DNA of 64,000 bases. Source: Spirochaetia bacterium. GTDB taxonomy: Bacteria > Spirochaetota > Spirochaetia > SZUA-6 > Bin103. Under the pieces are notes generated by a model that saw only the letters and a list, made by a program, of their open reading frames with translations, was not told the DNA's origin and searched no databases. The position numbers and the translations under genes were made by a program. How positions within the stretch are numbered: position 1 is the first letter of the stretch; every line of letters begins with the position of its first letter. Location of the stretch: NCBI GenBank assembly GCA_965203905.1, contig CBDBDQ010000005.1:5152001-5216000 (forward strand), in the 5' to 3' direction. Below are positions 30,425 to 40,618 of this stretch, piece after piece.

Positions 30425-31822
30425 CTACAGGTCGATCTCGTACTTGACTTTGTCAGGCCCCATGAGCTGCTCCATCTCGCGCGCGAAGTGCTCCATCGCC
30501 TCCAGGCCGGTCCACTCGCCGATGATGATCCGGCCGATCGCTTCGCGGATGGCGTTCTCGGGACGGCCGCCAAAGTCGGCCACGAAGTGCGGCTTCATGT
30601 AGGTGTATTCCAGCCACGTGCTGGTCTCGGCCAGGAACGGGTTGGCCTGGAAGGTCGGATGCTGCATCACGTCCCAGCGGGTGGCGGCCTGGCCCTTGGT
30701 GGCGTTGTACTTGGCCTGGCGTTCGGTAGCGGAGAGGAACTTGATGAGTTCCCATGCGGTATCGGCGCGCTCGGTGCTGCTGGCCGGGATCATGTAGTTC
30801 CAGCCGCCCGATTGCGAAACCCAGTCCTGCCCGCGGTAGCTGGCGCCCGGTTCCCTGGCCGGCATCCTCGCGTAGCCCACGGTCTCCTGCAGGTTCGGGA
30901 TCGGGTGCGACCGGCCCTCGCTCCAGTGGAACATGTAGGCCCACGACCCGTACAGGTTGATCGCCCCGGTGCCGTTCTGGAACGCCTCGATCGACCAGTC
31001 ATTGGCCTGGCCGCCCACGGCGCGCTCGGGATTGAGCAGACCGCGCTCGGCCATGGTCTGGTAGAATTCGAACACGTCCAGCAGCGGCTGGCTGGTCACG
31101 ACCCACTTCTCGTCGTCGTAGTCGTAGAGCAGGCCGCCGGCGCCGTTGAACAGCAGGTTGAAGCGGCTGAACGTGACCTGGGCGCCCGCCTCCTTGCCGC
31201 CGATGAACAGCAGCGGCGTGACCTCCGGCAGGGACGCCTTGATCTGCTCCGCGGCGTCCAGAATTTCCTGCCAACTGGCCGGCTGCCACTCGGTGGGGAG
31301 CCCCGCCTGGGCAAACAGATCCTTGCGGTAGTAGAGCGGGATGGCGCTCGATTGAATGGGAATCATGTAGACGTGGCCGTCGTACCCCATCCAGCGCCGG
31401 AACGGTTCTATCACCTGGTCCCACAGCTCCCAGTCCGCCACGTAGTCGTCGAGCGGCATCAGGAACCCGGCGCGCATGTAGTTCTGAGACCGGCCGGTCT
31501 CCTCGAACAGCAGGTCCGGCCCCTGGCCCGAGCGCAACTCCAGCGTATTCTTGGTGGTGTACTCGGCATTCGGCCCCGCGAAATACTGCAGGTCCACGGT
31601 AACCGGCGTACCGGCATCGGCCATCATCCGTTCGAACTCGGCGATGTCCTCGGCCACGTCGGGATCGAATCCGGGCGAGTTGGGGCGCAGCTTGAAGGTG
31701 AGCACCACCGGCTCGTCAGGCGCGGCGGCGGTCTCCTCCTGTCCCGCCGCTCCGAGCGGGACAACGGCCACCCCGGCCAGGAACAGTACCGTCAGCAGGT
31801 ATCGCAAAGACTTCGTGTTCAT
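30425..31822 (-). CDS. Carbohydrate ABC substrate-binding protein
   Basis: Signal peptide, GQGPDL, LYYRKDLF, SGGWNY, AWELIKFL. Start moved to ATG 31822 after GGAGG. Confidence 0.9.
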   Translation of the reverse strand: MNTKSLRYLLTVLFLAGVAVVPLGAAGQEETAAAPDEPVVLTFKLRPNSPGFDPDVAEDIAEFERMMADAGTPVTVDLQYFAGPNAEYTTKNTLELRSGQGPDLLFEETGRSQNYMRAGFLMPLDDYVADWELWDQVIEPFRRWMGYDGHVYMIPIQSSAIPLYYRKDLFAQAGLPTEWQPASWQEILDAAEQIKASLPEVTPLLFIGGKEAGAQVTFSRFNLLFNGAGGLLYDYDDEKWVVTSQPLLDVFEFYQTMAERGLLNPERAVGGQANDWSIEAFQNGTGAINLYGSWAYMFHWSEGRSHPIPNLQETVGYARMPAREPGASYRGQDWVSQSGGWNYMIPASSTERADTAWELIKFLSATERQAKYNATKGQAATRWDVMQHPTFQANPFLAETSTWLEYTYMKPHFVADFGGRPENAIREAIGRIIIGEWTGLEAMEHFAREMEQLMGPDKVKYEIDL

Positions 31823-32050
31823 CACAACCTCCACTTCTTTCGCTGCCGCTACCGGCAGCGGCTCGGACATCTTGAATCACTCCCGTTGCCCTTGCAACCC
31901 GGACTCGCCGGGGGAGCCAGCGGTCAGGTGGTGTGCGGGCCGGGCTCCTCGGACAGGTACATCTGTATGCCCCACGGTTCGAAGCCGTGCCGGCGGTAGA
32001 ATCGCAGGACGCGGTCGGTGTTCCCTGGGGCACGTCCACGTTCGGTGGAT

Positions 32051-32809
32051 TCAGACGCAGCGGCCGCCGTCCACCTCCAGGCAGCAGCCGGTGAGGAACT
32101 CGGCTTCGTCGGAGGCCAGGAACAGGCACGCCCGGGCCACGTCGAGCGGCGTGCTCATGCGGCCCAGGGGAATGGATTCGATCATCTTGCGGCGCGCTGC
32201 GGGCGTGTCCTCGCCGGGGAGGAAGGCCGGCAACAGGGCGGTGTCGGCAATCACCGGGTTGACCGCCACCACGCGGATCCGCTCCGGCCCCAGCTCCAGC
32301 GCCATCGCCTTGCTCATGGTGATCACCGCGCCCTTGGTGGCGCTGTACCACACGATGCCCGGCCGCGGCCGCACCCCGGCGGTGGAGGCGATGTTCACCA
32401 TCACGCCGCCGCCCTGGCGGCGGAACACCGGCACCGCGTGGCGGGCACTGAGGTAGATGCTCTTCACGTTGACGTCGAACACGCGCTGGAATTCGTCCTC
32501 GTCCACCTCCAGCATCGGCCGGTTGCGGTGCGTGGTGCCGGCGTTGTTCACCACCACGTCCAGCCGTCCGTAACAGTCCACGGCAGCGGCCACCATCGCC
32601 GCCACGTCACGGCTCCGGCTCACGTCTCCAGTCACCGGCACCACCTCGCCACCATCCGCGGCAATCTTCGCCGCCACCTGCTCGGCCGCCGCGCCGTTGA
32701 TGTCCGCGCCCACCACCCGCGCCCCCTGAGCGGCGAACAGCTCGGCGATCCCCTTGCCGAAGCCGCTGCCGGCCCCGGTCACCAGGGCTGCCTTGCCTGC
32801 CAGTCGCAT
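32051..32809 (-). CDS. Short-chain dehydrogenase/reductase (FabG-like)
   Basis: TGAGSGFG, NNAG, YSATK (YxxxK), VDGG. Confidence 0.93.
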   Translation of the reverse strand: MRLAGKAALVTGAGSGFGKGIAELFAAQGARVVGADINGAAAEQVAAKIAADGGEVVPVTGDVSRSRDVAAMVAAAVDCYGRLDVVVNNAGTTHRNRPMLEVDEDEFQRVFDVNVKSIYLSARHAVPVFRRQGGGVMVNIASTAGVRPRPGIVWYSATKGAVITMSKAMALELGPERIRVVAVNPVIADTALLPAFLPGEDTPAARRKMIESIPLGRMSTPLDVARACLFLASDEAEFLTGCCLEVDGGRCV

Positions 32810-32832
32810 CGTCTTCCTCCGCCCTCGCTCGG

Positions 32833-34380
32833 TCAGTCAGTGGGTGGGTCGGTGTAGGGGGAGCGCTCGAAGCGGCACTCCGGCTCGGTGACGCGGGGAT
32901 CGCGCTGCTCACGCAGCACGCCCATCAGCCGCGGGGAAAGCTGCTCCCGCGTGGTCGCGTACGCCGGGTCGGCGGCGACGTTGTCGAGGTAGTGCGGGTC
33001 GCGATCCAGGTCGTAGAGCTCCTCCGCCGGGAACTTGCCGAAGCCCATCTCGAACAGCGCGCCGACCTCGGGCTCGGCGCGGTGGTGCACCATCCACGCC
33101 TTCGACGGCGAGCCGTCCATGTCGGCGTAGGCGACCCAGGTGTCCTCGCAGAGCTGCTCGTAGGAGGGCGGCACGGCCTCGGGGTCGTCCAGGCCGCGCG
33201 GGTCGCCCATCGGCCAGCGGTCGGGGGCGAAGTTGCGGATGTACAGGTAGCGATCGGTGCGGATGGCGCGTTGCGGGTAGGGGAGGTTCCCGGCGCGGGC
33301 CGCGGCCACGTGGCGCTCCCGGCCGAGCACGACGTGGTCGCGGGACTCGTCGACCTGGCCGGAGGCGGGCGACTCCAGCACCGGCAGCAGGCTGCGCGCG
33401 GCCATGCCGGGCAGCCGCTCGACGCCCGCCGCCTCGAGGAAGGTAGGGGCCAGGTCCATCAGGTTGACGAAGTCGTGCACGGTGCGTCCCGCCGCCACGC
33501 GGCCCGGCCAGCGCACCGCCAGCGCCACCTCGCAGCCGAGGTTGTACAGGTTGCACTTGCCGCGCGGAAAGCCGGGAATGCCGTGGTCGCCGCTCACCAC
33601 CAGCAGCGTGTTGTCCAGCTCGCCGATCTCCTCCAGCCTGGCGAGCAGCACGCCCAGGCCGGCGTCGAACGCCAGGCACTCGCCCAGGTAGTCGCAGACA
33701 TCCTCGCGCACGTCGGGAACGTCGGGCAGGAACGCTGGCAGCCGCCCCTTCAGGTGATCCGGTTCCAGGCCCCAGAGCTGCTTGCCGGAGCCGCGCTGCC
33801 ACTTGCGGTGGGTGTTGGTCGGCCCCCACCAGTAGCAGAATGGGCGCCCCGGCTCGCGCGCGTCCAGGAACGCCTGGAAGTTGTCGCGGGTCTCGTCGTA
33901 GAGCACCTGCTTGGCGCCCTCGACGCCGTGCTCCGGCGCCAGCTCGGTGGCGACGAAGGAGAAGCTGCCGAAGCGGGTGCCGGCGGGGGCGTAGCGGGTA
34001 CGGTCAGCCCCGTAGGGGGCGTCGCGCGGGGTGCCGGGCGACCACACCTTGTAGGTGTAGCCGATGTGGTAGCCCGCCGCCTCCAGCGCCAGCGGGTAGG
34101 AGGGGATGGTCTGGTCCCACTCCGCGCCCTGCAGGATCGCGCCGCGGCCGGTCTGCCAGAAGTAGCGCCCGGTGAGGATGGAGCTGCGGCACGGGGTACA
34201 GGAGGGCGCCGGCACGAAGGCGTTGCTGAACAGCGCGCCCTCGCTGGCCACGCGGTCGAAGTGGGGCGTGTCGATGACGGCGTTGGGCGTGCCGTCACCC
34301 TGCAGCCGGCGGTAGGCACTCGCGTAGCGCCCCCAGTCGTCGCCGAACGCGAACACGATGTTGGGTCTGCGCTGCGCCAT
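32833..34380 (-). CDS. Sulfatase (SGSH/N-sulfoglucosamine sulfohydrolase-like)
   Basis: RPNIVFAFGDD, CTPCR (CxPxR), GDHG, RGKCNLY, ELYDL. Confidence 0.9.
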   Translation of the reverse strand: MAQRRPNIVFAFGDDWGRYASAYRRLQGDGTPNAVIDTPHFDRVASEGALFSNAFVPAPSCTPCRSSILTGRYFWQTGRGAILQGAEWDQTIPSYPLALEAAGYHIGYTYKVWSPGTPRDAPYGADRTRYAPAGTRFGSFSFVATELAPEHGVEGAKQVLYDETRDNFQAFLDAREPGRPFCYWWGPTNTHRKWQRGSGKQLWGLEPDHLKGRLPAFLPDVPDVREDVCDYLGECLAFDAGLGVLLARLEEIGELDNTLLVVSGDHGIPGFPRGKCNLYNLGCEVALAVRWPGRVAAGRTVHDFVNLMDLAPTFLEAAGVERLPGMAARSLLPVLESPASGQVDESRDHVVLGRERHVAAARAGNLPYPQRAIRTDRYLYIRNFAPDRWPMGDPRGLDDPEAVPPSYEQLCEDTWVAYADMDGSPSKAWMVHHRAEPEVGALFEMGFGKFPAEELYDLDRDPHYLDNVAADPAYATTREQLSPRLMGVLREQRDPRVTEPECRFERSPYTDPPTD

Positions 34381-34390
34381 GCCGGTCTCC

Positions 34391-35131
34391 TCAGCGCCCC
34401 TTGACGCGGCGCATCTCCGCGAGCGTCTCCTCCGTGACCGGATAGTAGCGCCCGGGCGAGACTCCTTCCGCGCGAATCTTCTGCTTGACGTAGTTCTCGG
34501 CCTCTTCGTGCTCCAGCGCCCACTCCATCACCGCCTCGGCCATCCACGACGGCACCACCAGGACACCGTCGTTGTCTCCGACCATCACGTCGCCGGGGCG
34601 CACCAGCGCGCCGCCGCACTGGATCTGGCCGTTCTCCTCGGCGGGAGTCGCCGCCAGGCCGCCGTGGAAGCTGCGCTGCCTGGCGTACACCGTCAGCCCG
34701 TATTCCTCTTCCAGGGTCACGTCGAGGTCGCGGATGGCGCCGTCGACCACCACCCCGTCGGCGTGGTTCATGGCCAGTTGCAGCAGCTTCACGTCGCCGG
34801 CCACCACGTCTTTAGTAGAGCCCATGATGTCCGCCACCAGCACGTCGCCCGGCCCGCAGCGCTCCATCGCCAGGTACTCCAGCTCGCCCTCGCCACCGGT
34901 GCGCTCGGCCGCCAGGTCGGGGCGCACCGGCAGGAACCTGAGCGTCCGCGCCCGCGCCGCGAACCGCTTCCGGCCGGGGGTGAGGTTGACCAGGCCCTCG
35001 CACACGCACAGGGCGGAGCCGAAGTTGCAGACCCCGGCGTACACGGTCACGGACGGGACCGCCTTCAGCCCGTCCAGCACTTCCTGCGACACTTCCACCG
35101 GCTTCATGTCGAACGTTGGCATCTGTACCAT
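34391..35131 (-). CDS. RraA/HMG-aldolase family protein
   Basis: [47 protein letters not shown]. Confidence 0.88.
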   Translation of the reverse strand: MVQMPTFDMKPVEVSQEVLDGLKAVPSVTVYAGVCNFGSALCVCEGLVNLTPGRKRFAARARTLRFLPVRPDLAAERTGGEGELEYLAMERCGPGDVLVADIMGSTKDVVAGDVKLLQLAMNHADGVVVDGAIRDLDVTLEEEYGLTVYARQRSFHGGLAATPAEENGQIQCGGALVRPGDVMVGDNDGVLVVPSWMAEAVMEWALEHEEAENYVKQKIRAEGVSPGRYYPVTEETLAEMRRVKGR

Positions 35132-35312
35132 CTCTCGGAGTGGGATGATCGAACCGGCGCATGATAGGGGCGTCCCGGACCCGCGGTCAATCGCGGGTGC
35201 TTGCTCGCTTTTTGCTCGCTCGCCGGTTGCTGCAGCGGGTGAGCTGAGTCGATAGCCCGTACCGAGTCCGCAATGGACGGCACTGCGGAAAGAATCGTAA
35301 GCTGAGCCCGCA

Positions 35313-35606
35313 ATGGCCCGCGCTTTGAAACCGGTCGCGGTACGAGTGCTCGATGGCTACCGGCTGTGGCTCCGGTACACCGACGGCGCCGAGGGCGAAG
35401 TGGATCTGAGTCACCTCGCCGGCCAAGGCGTGTTCAAGATGTGGCAGAGCCGAGAGACGTTCGAGGCCGTTCGGATTGGCGCCGGCGGCGCTTTGGAATG
35501 GCCCGGAGACGTAGATCTTTGCCCCGACGCCGTCTACCTCCGTCTCACCGGAACTACCCCCGAGGAGCTGTTCCCCCGGTTGCTGACGACCGCCGTCGAT
35601 GCCTGA
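35313..35606 (+). CDS. DUF2442-domain protein (putative antitoxin)
   Basis: [34 protein letters not shown]. Confidence 0.82.
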   Translation: MARALKPVAVRVLDGYRLWLRYTDGAEGEVDLSHLAGQGVFKMWQSRETFEAVRIGAGGALEWPGDVDLCPDAVYLRLTGTTPEELFPRLLTTAVDA

Positions 35607-35833
35607 ACTGAGCCGATTCTACGGTATCGTCATCAAGATATGTTTCGACGACCATCCGCCGCGTCACTTCCATGCCGAATACGGCGATCACGAAGCGGTG
35701 ATGCAGCGCGCTTCCCAACCGAGCTGCAGGAATGGTGTTGGAGTGGGCCGCGCTGCATCAACGTGAATTGCTCTCCGCGTGGCAGAGCGCAGTGCGCCGT
35801 GAGCCCGCAGGGAAGATCGAACCACTGGCTTGA
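35599..35833 (+). pseudogene. DUF4160 (HicA-like) putative toxin, internally deleted and frameshifted
   Basis: [34 protein letters not shown] in one frame; LPNRAAGMVLEWAALHQRELLSAW...KIEPLA* in another. Confidence 0.82.
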
Positions 35834-35848
35834 GGTCTGTTACACTCC

Positions 35849-36277
35849 GTGGGGTCGGCTCGCAAAGCCGACTTGGCGGCAGTCGCAGCGATTGGGTTGC
35901 CGGGTCGGTACCGGATGTCCGTGCGCGTGGGAGGTGCTGGCGCCGTGGCACGTTACAGGATCGGTCCCGTGAACCGGGCCGCGGAGCGGCTCATCCCTCC
36001 GGCGGAACCCGACGGCTCGGAGATCGGGGTCAACTTCGCCGACGCCTACCTCGAGGCGCTGGACGCCACCCTGCCGGACGGGCGTGCCGTGAGCTGCGAG
36101 CGCTACGGGCTGCAGATTACCCTGAGGGTGGGCGAGGCCGAGGGCGAGGCGCTGCTGCGCCGGCTGGAGCACGGACCGGACGTGCGCAACATTCTTCATG
36201 AAGCGATGCAGGCGGCGGCCGAGGACGCCGGCGTGGTCCTTGCGGTGGAGGACGGCGTGATCTACCTCGACGCGTAG
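35849..36277 (+). CDS. Hypothetical protein (true start probably later, about 35916-35945)
   Basis: Codon pattern typical of real genes in the 3' two-thirds; ends 14 bp before the corrinoid protein gene. Confidence 0.6.
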   Translation: MGSARKADLAAVAAIGLPGRYRMSVRVGGAGAVARYRIGPVNRAAERLIPPAEPDGSEIGVNFADAYLEALDATLPDGRAVSCERYGLQITLRVGEAEGEALLRRLEHGPDVRNILHEAMQAAAEDAGVVLAVEDGVIYLDA

Positions 36278-36291
36278 GGGAGCCACAAGCG

Positions 36292-36960
36292 GTGCTGGAC
36301 TACGCGGTGATGAATCAGGCGCTCTACGACGGCGACGCCGCCACGGTGAAGGAGATGACCGAGACCGGCGTGCGGCTGGGGATCTCCGCCCACGAGCTGC
36401 TCGGCGACGGCCTGGTGGCCGGCATGGCGGTGGTCGGCGAGGACTTCAAGCACAACCGCATTTACCTGCCTGAGGTGCTGGTGGCGGCGCGCGCCATGAA
36501 GGCGGGGATGGAGATCCTGCAGCCGCTGCTGTCGGCGCACGACAGCGGGGTGGAGCCGATCGGCACCGTGGTGATGGGCACGGTGAAGGGCGACCTGCAC
36601 GACATCGGCAAGAACATCGTGTGCATGCTGTGCGAGGGCGCCGGCTTTCGCGTGGTGAACATCGGCGTCGACCAGTCGGCGGAGAACTTCCTGGCGGCGG
36701 CGCGCGAGCACGGGGCCGACATCGTCGGCTGCAGCGCACTGCTCACCACTACCATGAAGCAGATGCGCACCGTGGTGGCCACCTTCGCCGAGGCGCACAT
36801 GGACCAGGTCAGCATCTGCGTCGGCGGCGCTCCGGTCACCCAGCAGTTCTGCGACGAGATCGGCGCCCACGGCTACGCGCCCAACGCCTCGCTGGCGGTG
36901 GACCTGTTCAAATCGCTGGTGGCGGCGCCGGAATCCGCCGCGGCCGCGGCCGCGGAGTGA
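36292..36960 (+). CDS. Cobalamin-binding corrinoid protein (MtbC/MetH cap + B12-binding domains)
   Basis: GMAVVGEDF, YLPEVLVAARAMK, GTVKGDLHDIGKNIV (DxHxxG), SALLTTTM, VGGAP. Confidence 0.93.
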   Translation: MLDYAVMNQALYDGDAATVKEMTETGVRLGISAHELLGDGLVAGMAVVGEDFKHNRIYLPEVLVAARAMKAGMEILQPLLSAHDSGVEPIGTVVMGTVKGDLHDIGKNIVCMLCEGAGFRVVNIGVDQSAENFLAAAREHGADIVGCSALLTTTMKQMRTVVATFAEAHMDQVSICVGGAPVTQQFCDEIGAHGYAPNASLAVDLFKSLVAAPESAAAAAAE

Positions 36961-37013
36961 CGCCACGCGCGTCGAGCAGCGCGGCGTGCGCCGCGTGCGC
37001 CGCGTACGTTTGC

Positions 37014-37042
37014 TTGACGGCTGCCAGCGCCGCTTCTACGAT
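37014..37042 (+). promoter_or_regulatory. Putative sigma70 promoter
   Basis: TTGACG-N17-TACGAT, 23 bp before the permease start. Confidence 0.55.
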
Positions 37043-37065
37043 GGCCGCTACCGTGAGGTAGCGGA

Positions 37066-38013
37066 ATGACTACGCGGGTTCAGACAGCGACGCCAACTCT
37101 CTCTCAGCGCTCCACCCTGGTAGCGCACATCATCAAGCACCGCTACCTCTACCTGCTGCTGATCCCCGGCATCCTGTTCTACTTCCTGTTCAAGTACCTG
37201 CCGATGTACGGCATCATCATCGCCTTCAAGCACTTCACGCCGGTCAAGGGAATCCTGGGCAGTCCCTGGATCGGGCTGGAGAACTTTCAGCGCCTGCTGC
37301 AGGCGCGCGACTTCCCGCTGATCTTCCGCAACACCCTGCTGATCGGGTTCTACCAGCTCGCGTTCGGCTTTCCGGTGCCGATCATCCTGGCACTCCTGCT
37401 CAACGAAGTGGGCTCCTCACCGTTCAAGCGCAGCGTGCAGACCATCATCTACCTGCCCCACTTCATCTCCTGGATCGTGGTGGCCGGCCTGGTGTTCCGG
37501 CTCACCACGGTGGACGGCGGGCTGATCAACGAGGTGATCAAGGCGTTCGGCGGCGAGCCGATCATCTTCCTGGCCAGCAAACCCCACTTTCGCGGACTGC
37601 TGGTGATCTCCGACATCTGGAAGAGCTCCGGCTGGCGCACCATCATCTTCCTGGCCGCGCTCAGCACCGTCGATCCCACCCTCTACGAGTCGGCGGTGAT
37701 CGACGGCGCCAATCGCTGGCAGCAGACCTGGCGCATCACCCTGCCGAGCATCGCCGAGGTGATCGCCATCGTGCTGATTCTGCAGGTGGGCGACATTCTC
37801 CGGGTCGGCTTCCAGCAGGTGATCGCGATGTACAATCCGGCGGTCTACGAGGTGGCCGACATCTTCCAGACCTACGTCTACCGCACCGGTCTGCTGCAGG
37901 GACAGTTCGGCTACGCCACCGCGGTGGGCCTGTTCAATTCGGTCATCGCGCTGGCGCTGGTGCTGGTCGCCAACTGGGGTGCCAAGCGGCTCGGCACCGA
38001 CGGGCTGTTCTAG
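37066..38013 (+). CDS. Carbohydrate ABC permease (LplB-like)
   Basis: YLPMYG, YLPHFISW, LYESAVIDGA. Confidence 0.92.
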   Translation: MTTRVQTATPTLSQRSTLVAHIIKHRYLYLLLIPGILFYFLFKYLPMYGIIIAFKHFTPVKGILGSPWIGLENFQRLLQARDFPLIFRNTLLIGFYQLAFGFPVPIILALLLNEVGSSPFKRSVQTIIYLPHFISWIVVAGLVFRLTTVDGGLINEVIKAFGGEPIIFLASKPHFRGLLVISDIWKSSGWRTIIFLAALSTVDPTLYESAVIDGANRWQQTWRITLPSIAEVIAIVLILQVGDILRVGFQQVIAMYNPAVYEVADIFQTYVYRTGLLQGQFGYATAVGLFNSVIALALVLVANWGAKRLGTDGLF

Positions 38014-38019
38014 CAACCC

Positions 38020-38904
38020 ATGGCACTGAAAAAAAGTCCCTCGCGCATCCTCTTCGAGGTGTTTCTCTACGGCTTCTTCGTGGTGGTCGCGCTGGGCTGC
38101 CTGTACCCGTTCTGGGTCGTCGTGGTGACCTCCATCCTGCCCTACGACGTGTACATCAAGAATCCGATGCTGCCGATCCCGCGCGCCTTCAGCATCAACG
38201 CCTACAAGCTGGTGTTCCTGCAAGAAGACATCCTGCGCGCCGTGGGCGTATCGGTGTACATCACCGTGTTCGGCACCCTGTTGAGCCTGCTGGTGACCAC
38301 CGCCACCGCCTACGTGCTGTCCAAGCGCTACCTCAAGGGTCAGCGCCTGTTTCTGCTGCTGTTCTTCTTCACCATGCTGTTCGAGGGCGGCATCATCCCC
38401 CTCTACTTCGTGGCCCGCTCGCTCGGCATCGTCAACACCCTGTGGGCGCTGATGCTGCCGCTGCTGATCAACACCTTCTTCCTGCTGATCATGCGCTCCT
38501 TCTTTCTGTCGTTTCCCGACAGCCTGGAGGAGTCCGCCAAGATCGAGGGCGCCAACGACATCAGCATCCTGCTGCGCATCGTGATGCCGCTGTCCAAGGC
38601 GGTGATCGCGGTGATCGGCCTGTTCTACGCCGTCGAGCGCTGGAACGATTTTTTTTATGCGTTGATGTTCATCAACCGGGAGAAGCTGCAGCCGCTGCAG
38701 CTCCTGGTGTACAGCCTGATCTCGCCGGGCAGCGGTGCCTCCTTCGCCCAGATAACCGAGACCTACCTGCAGTCGCTGGGCGTGGTGCTGGAGACCATCA
38801 AGATGGCGGCCGTGGTGATTGCCGTGGTCCCGATCCTGATCGTCTATCCGTTCATTCAGCGCCACTTCACCAAGGGTATTTTGATTGGATCGATCAAGGG
38901 ATAG
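38020..38904 (+). CDS. Carbohydrate ABC permease (LplC-like)
   Basis: EGGIIPLY, LEESAKIEGA, YPFIQRHFTKG..GSIKG. Confidence 0.92.
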   Translation: MALKKSPSRILFEVFLYGFFVVVALGCLYPFWVVVVTSILPYDVYIKNPMLPIPRAFSINAYKLVFLQEDILRAVGVSVYITVFGTLLSLLVTTATAYVLSKRYLKGQRLFLLLFFFTMLFEGGIIPLYFVARSLGIVNTLWALMLPLLINTFFLLIMRSFFLSFPDSLEESAKIEGANDISILLRIVMPLSKAVIAVIGLFYAVERWNDFFYALMFINREKLQPLQLLVYSLISPGSGASFAQITETYLQSLGVVLETIKMAAVVIAVVPILIVYPFIQRHFTKGILIGSIKG

Positions 38905-39018
38905 TGAAATCGAAAGGGAGCAGCCGGGGAATGTAGAGAGCGACTTGAGGATCGGGGAGGCTGAATCGTGGCCCGCCGATGGAGCACTTACGAAGGCGAA
39001 TGTGAAAAGGAGCCTACC

Positions 39019-40525
39019 GTGAAAAAAAACATTGGTGATGGCCGGGGTGGCCATGTTGGTCATGACGGCCGGAGCATGGGCCTCCGGCGAAGACGAAGCC
39101 GCGTCGGGCGAGCCAGTCCACGTGACCGGGTTCTGGTCCGACGGCGTGCCGCCGCCCAAGGGCCGCATGCTGGACTACATCAATGAGCGTTTCAACATGG
39201 ACTTCGAGATCGTCGTGATCCCGATTGCGGAGTACACCGAGAAGCTGACCCTGGCGATGACTGCCGGCGAGCTGGCCGACCTGATCCAGGTGCGCGCCCC
39301 GACCGGACCGGGAGCCCGGCTGGTGCGGCAGATGATCGACGGCGAGATGGTGATCCCGATGGATCCGATGCTGGACGACTATCCCAACCTGAAGGCGTAC
39401 CTGGAGCGACCGGAAGCGAGCCGCTTCTCGAAGTGGGACGGACAGTACTACGTGGTGCCGAAGCGGTACTTCTACCACACCACCGGCTTCTACTACCGCA
39501 AGGATCTGCTGGACAAGCACAACCAGCCGATTCCAGAGGACATCGAACAGTTCGGCGAGGTGTTGAAGACCGTGGCGCAAGCCGAGGGGATGCCGGGATA
39601 CGTGTCGCTGGGCCTCTACTTCGGCAACCACTACTTCTACGGTGCCTATACCGACGTCGGCTGGGGCCTGCCCGCGTGGCGCTGGGACGGCAGCAAGTAC
39701 GTGGACATGTCGGTCTCCGACGAGTGGCGCATGGGCGTCGAGCTGTTGCGCCAGTTCTACGCCGACGGGGTGCTCGATCCCGAGTTCGTGGTGTTGAGCG
39801 ACTTCACCAAATTCCGGGAGAAGTTCACGACCGGCAAGGTGGTGGCGATTCCGGTGCACGTGGAGGCGAACTACTTCTACGACGAGATGGTGGGACTGAC
39901 CGAGGACACCATCGAGGGCGCCGACGTGTTCGTGACGCCGCCGCCGATGACGCCGGCCGGGCCGAACAACGCGCTGACCGGCTCGCCGTACGGTACCGTG
40001 GACATGCTGATCTCGTCGCAGGCGAAGCATCCCGACCGCATCATGGCGCTGTGGGACTTCCTGTTCTCCGAGGAGGGCGACCTGTTCAACTTCTACGGCA
40101 TCGAGGGCGTCCACTGGGACCGCGACGCGGACGGCAACATCGTCCCCAACGAGGAGGAGCTGGCCAAGGACACCGGCAGTCCCTCCGACCCGATCTCCAA
40201 GTGGCGCTGGTTCTCCAACATCATGCCGGACTGGATTCCGTCCTACTCGATCGAGATCGAGCGCCAGGAGGAGCTGATCGAGTGGGGCCAGATGCACGGC
40301 GTGTCGCCCTACGTGATCGGCTTCGTGTCGCCGACGTTGCAGCGGGTGCAGGCCGACCTGCAGAAGATCCGCGACGAGTTCTACACCGGCTTCATCACCG
40401 GCGAGCGGCCGATGTCGGACTGGGACGAGTTCGTCAGCGAGTACCGCCGCGCCGGCTACGACGACCTGGAGATGGAGGTGCAGGAGTACTGCGCCGACGA
40501 CGTGTCCGGCAAGTGCCGGCAATGA
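39019..40525 (+). CDS. Carbohydrate ABC substrate-binding protein (LplA-like); natural GTG start is out of frame by 1 nt at an A8 tract
   Basis: AGELAD, YYRKDLL, YGIEGVHW, WDEFV motifs. AAGGAG RBS, GTG 39019, then A8; the body is in frame from 39032. Confidence 0.85.
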
Positions 40526-40618
40526 CGGCTGGCCCGCGCCGCGCCTGATTCGGGCGCGGCCGGCGGGGCGCCCACGCGCGCCCTGCCGGGGCCGCCAACC
40601 GAGACGGGAGCCACCACG

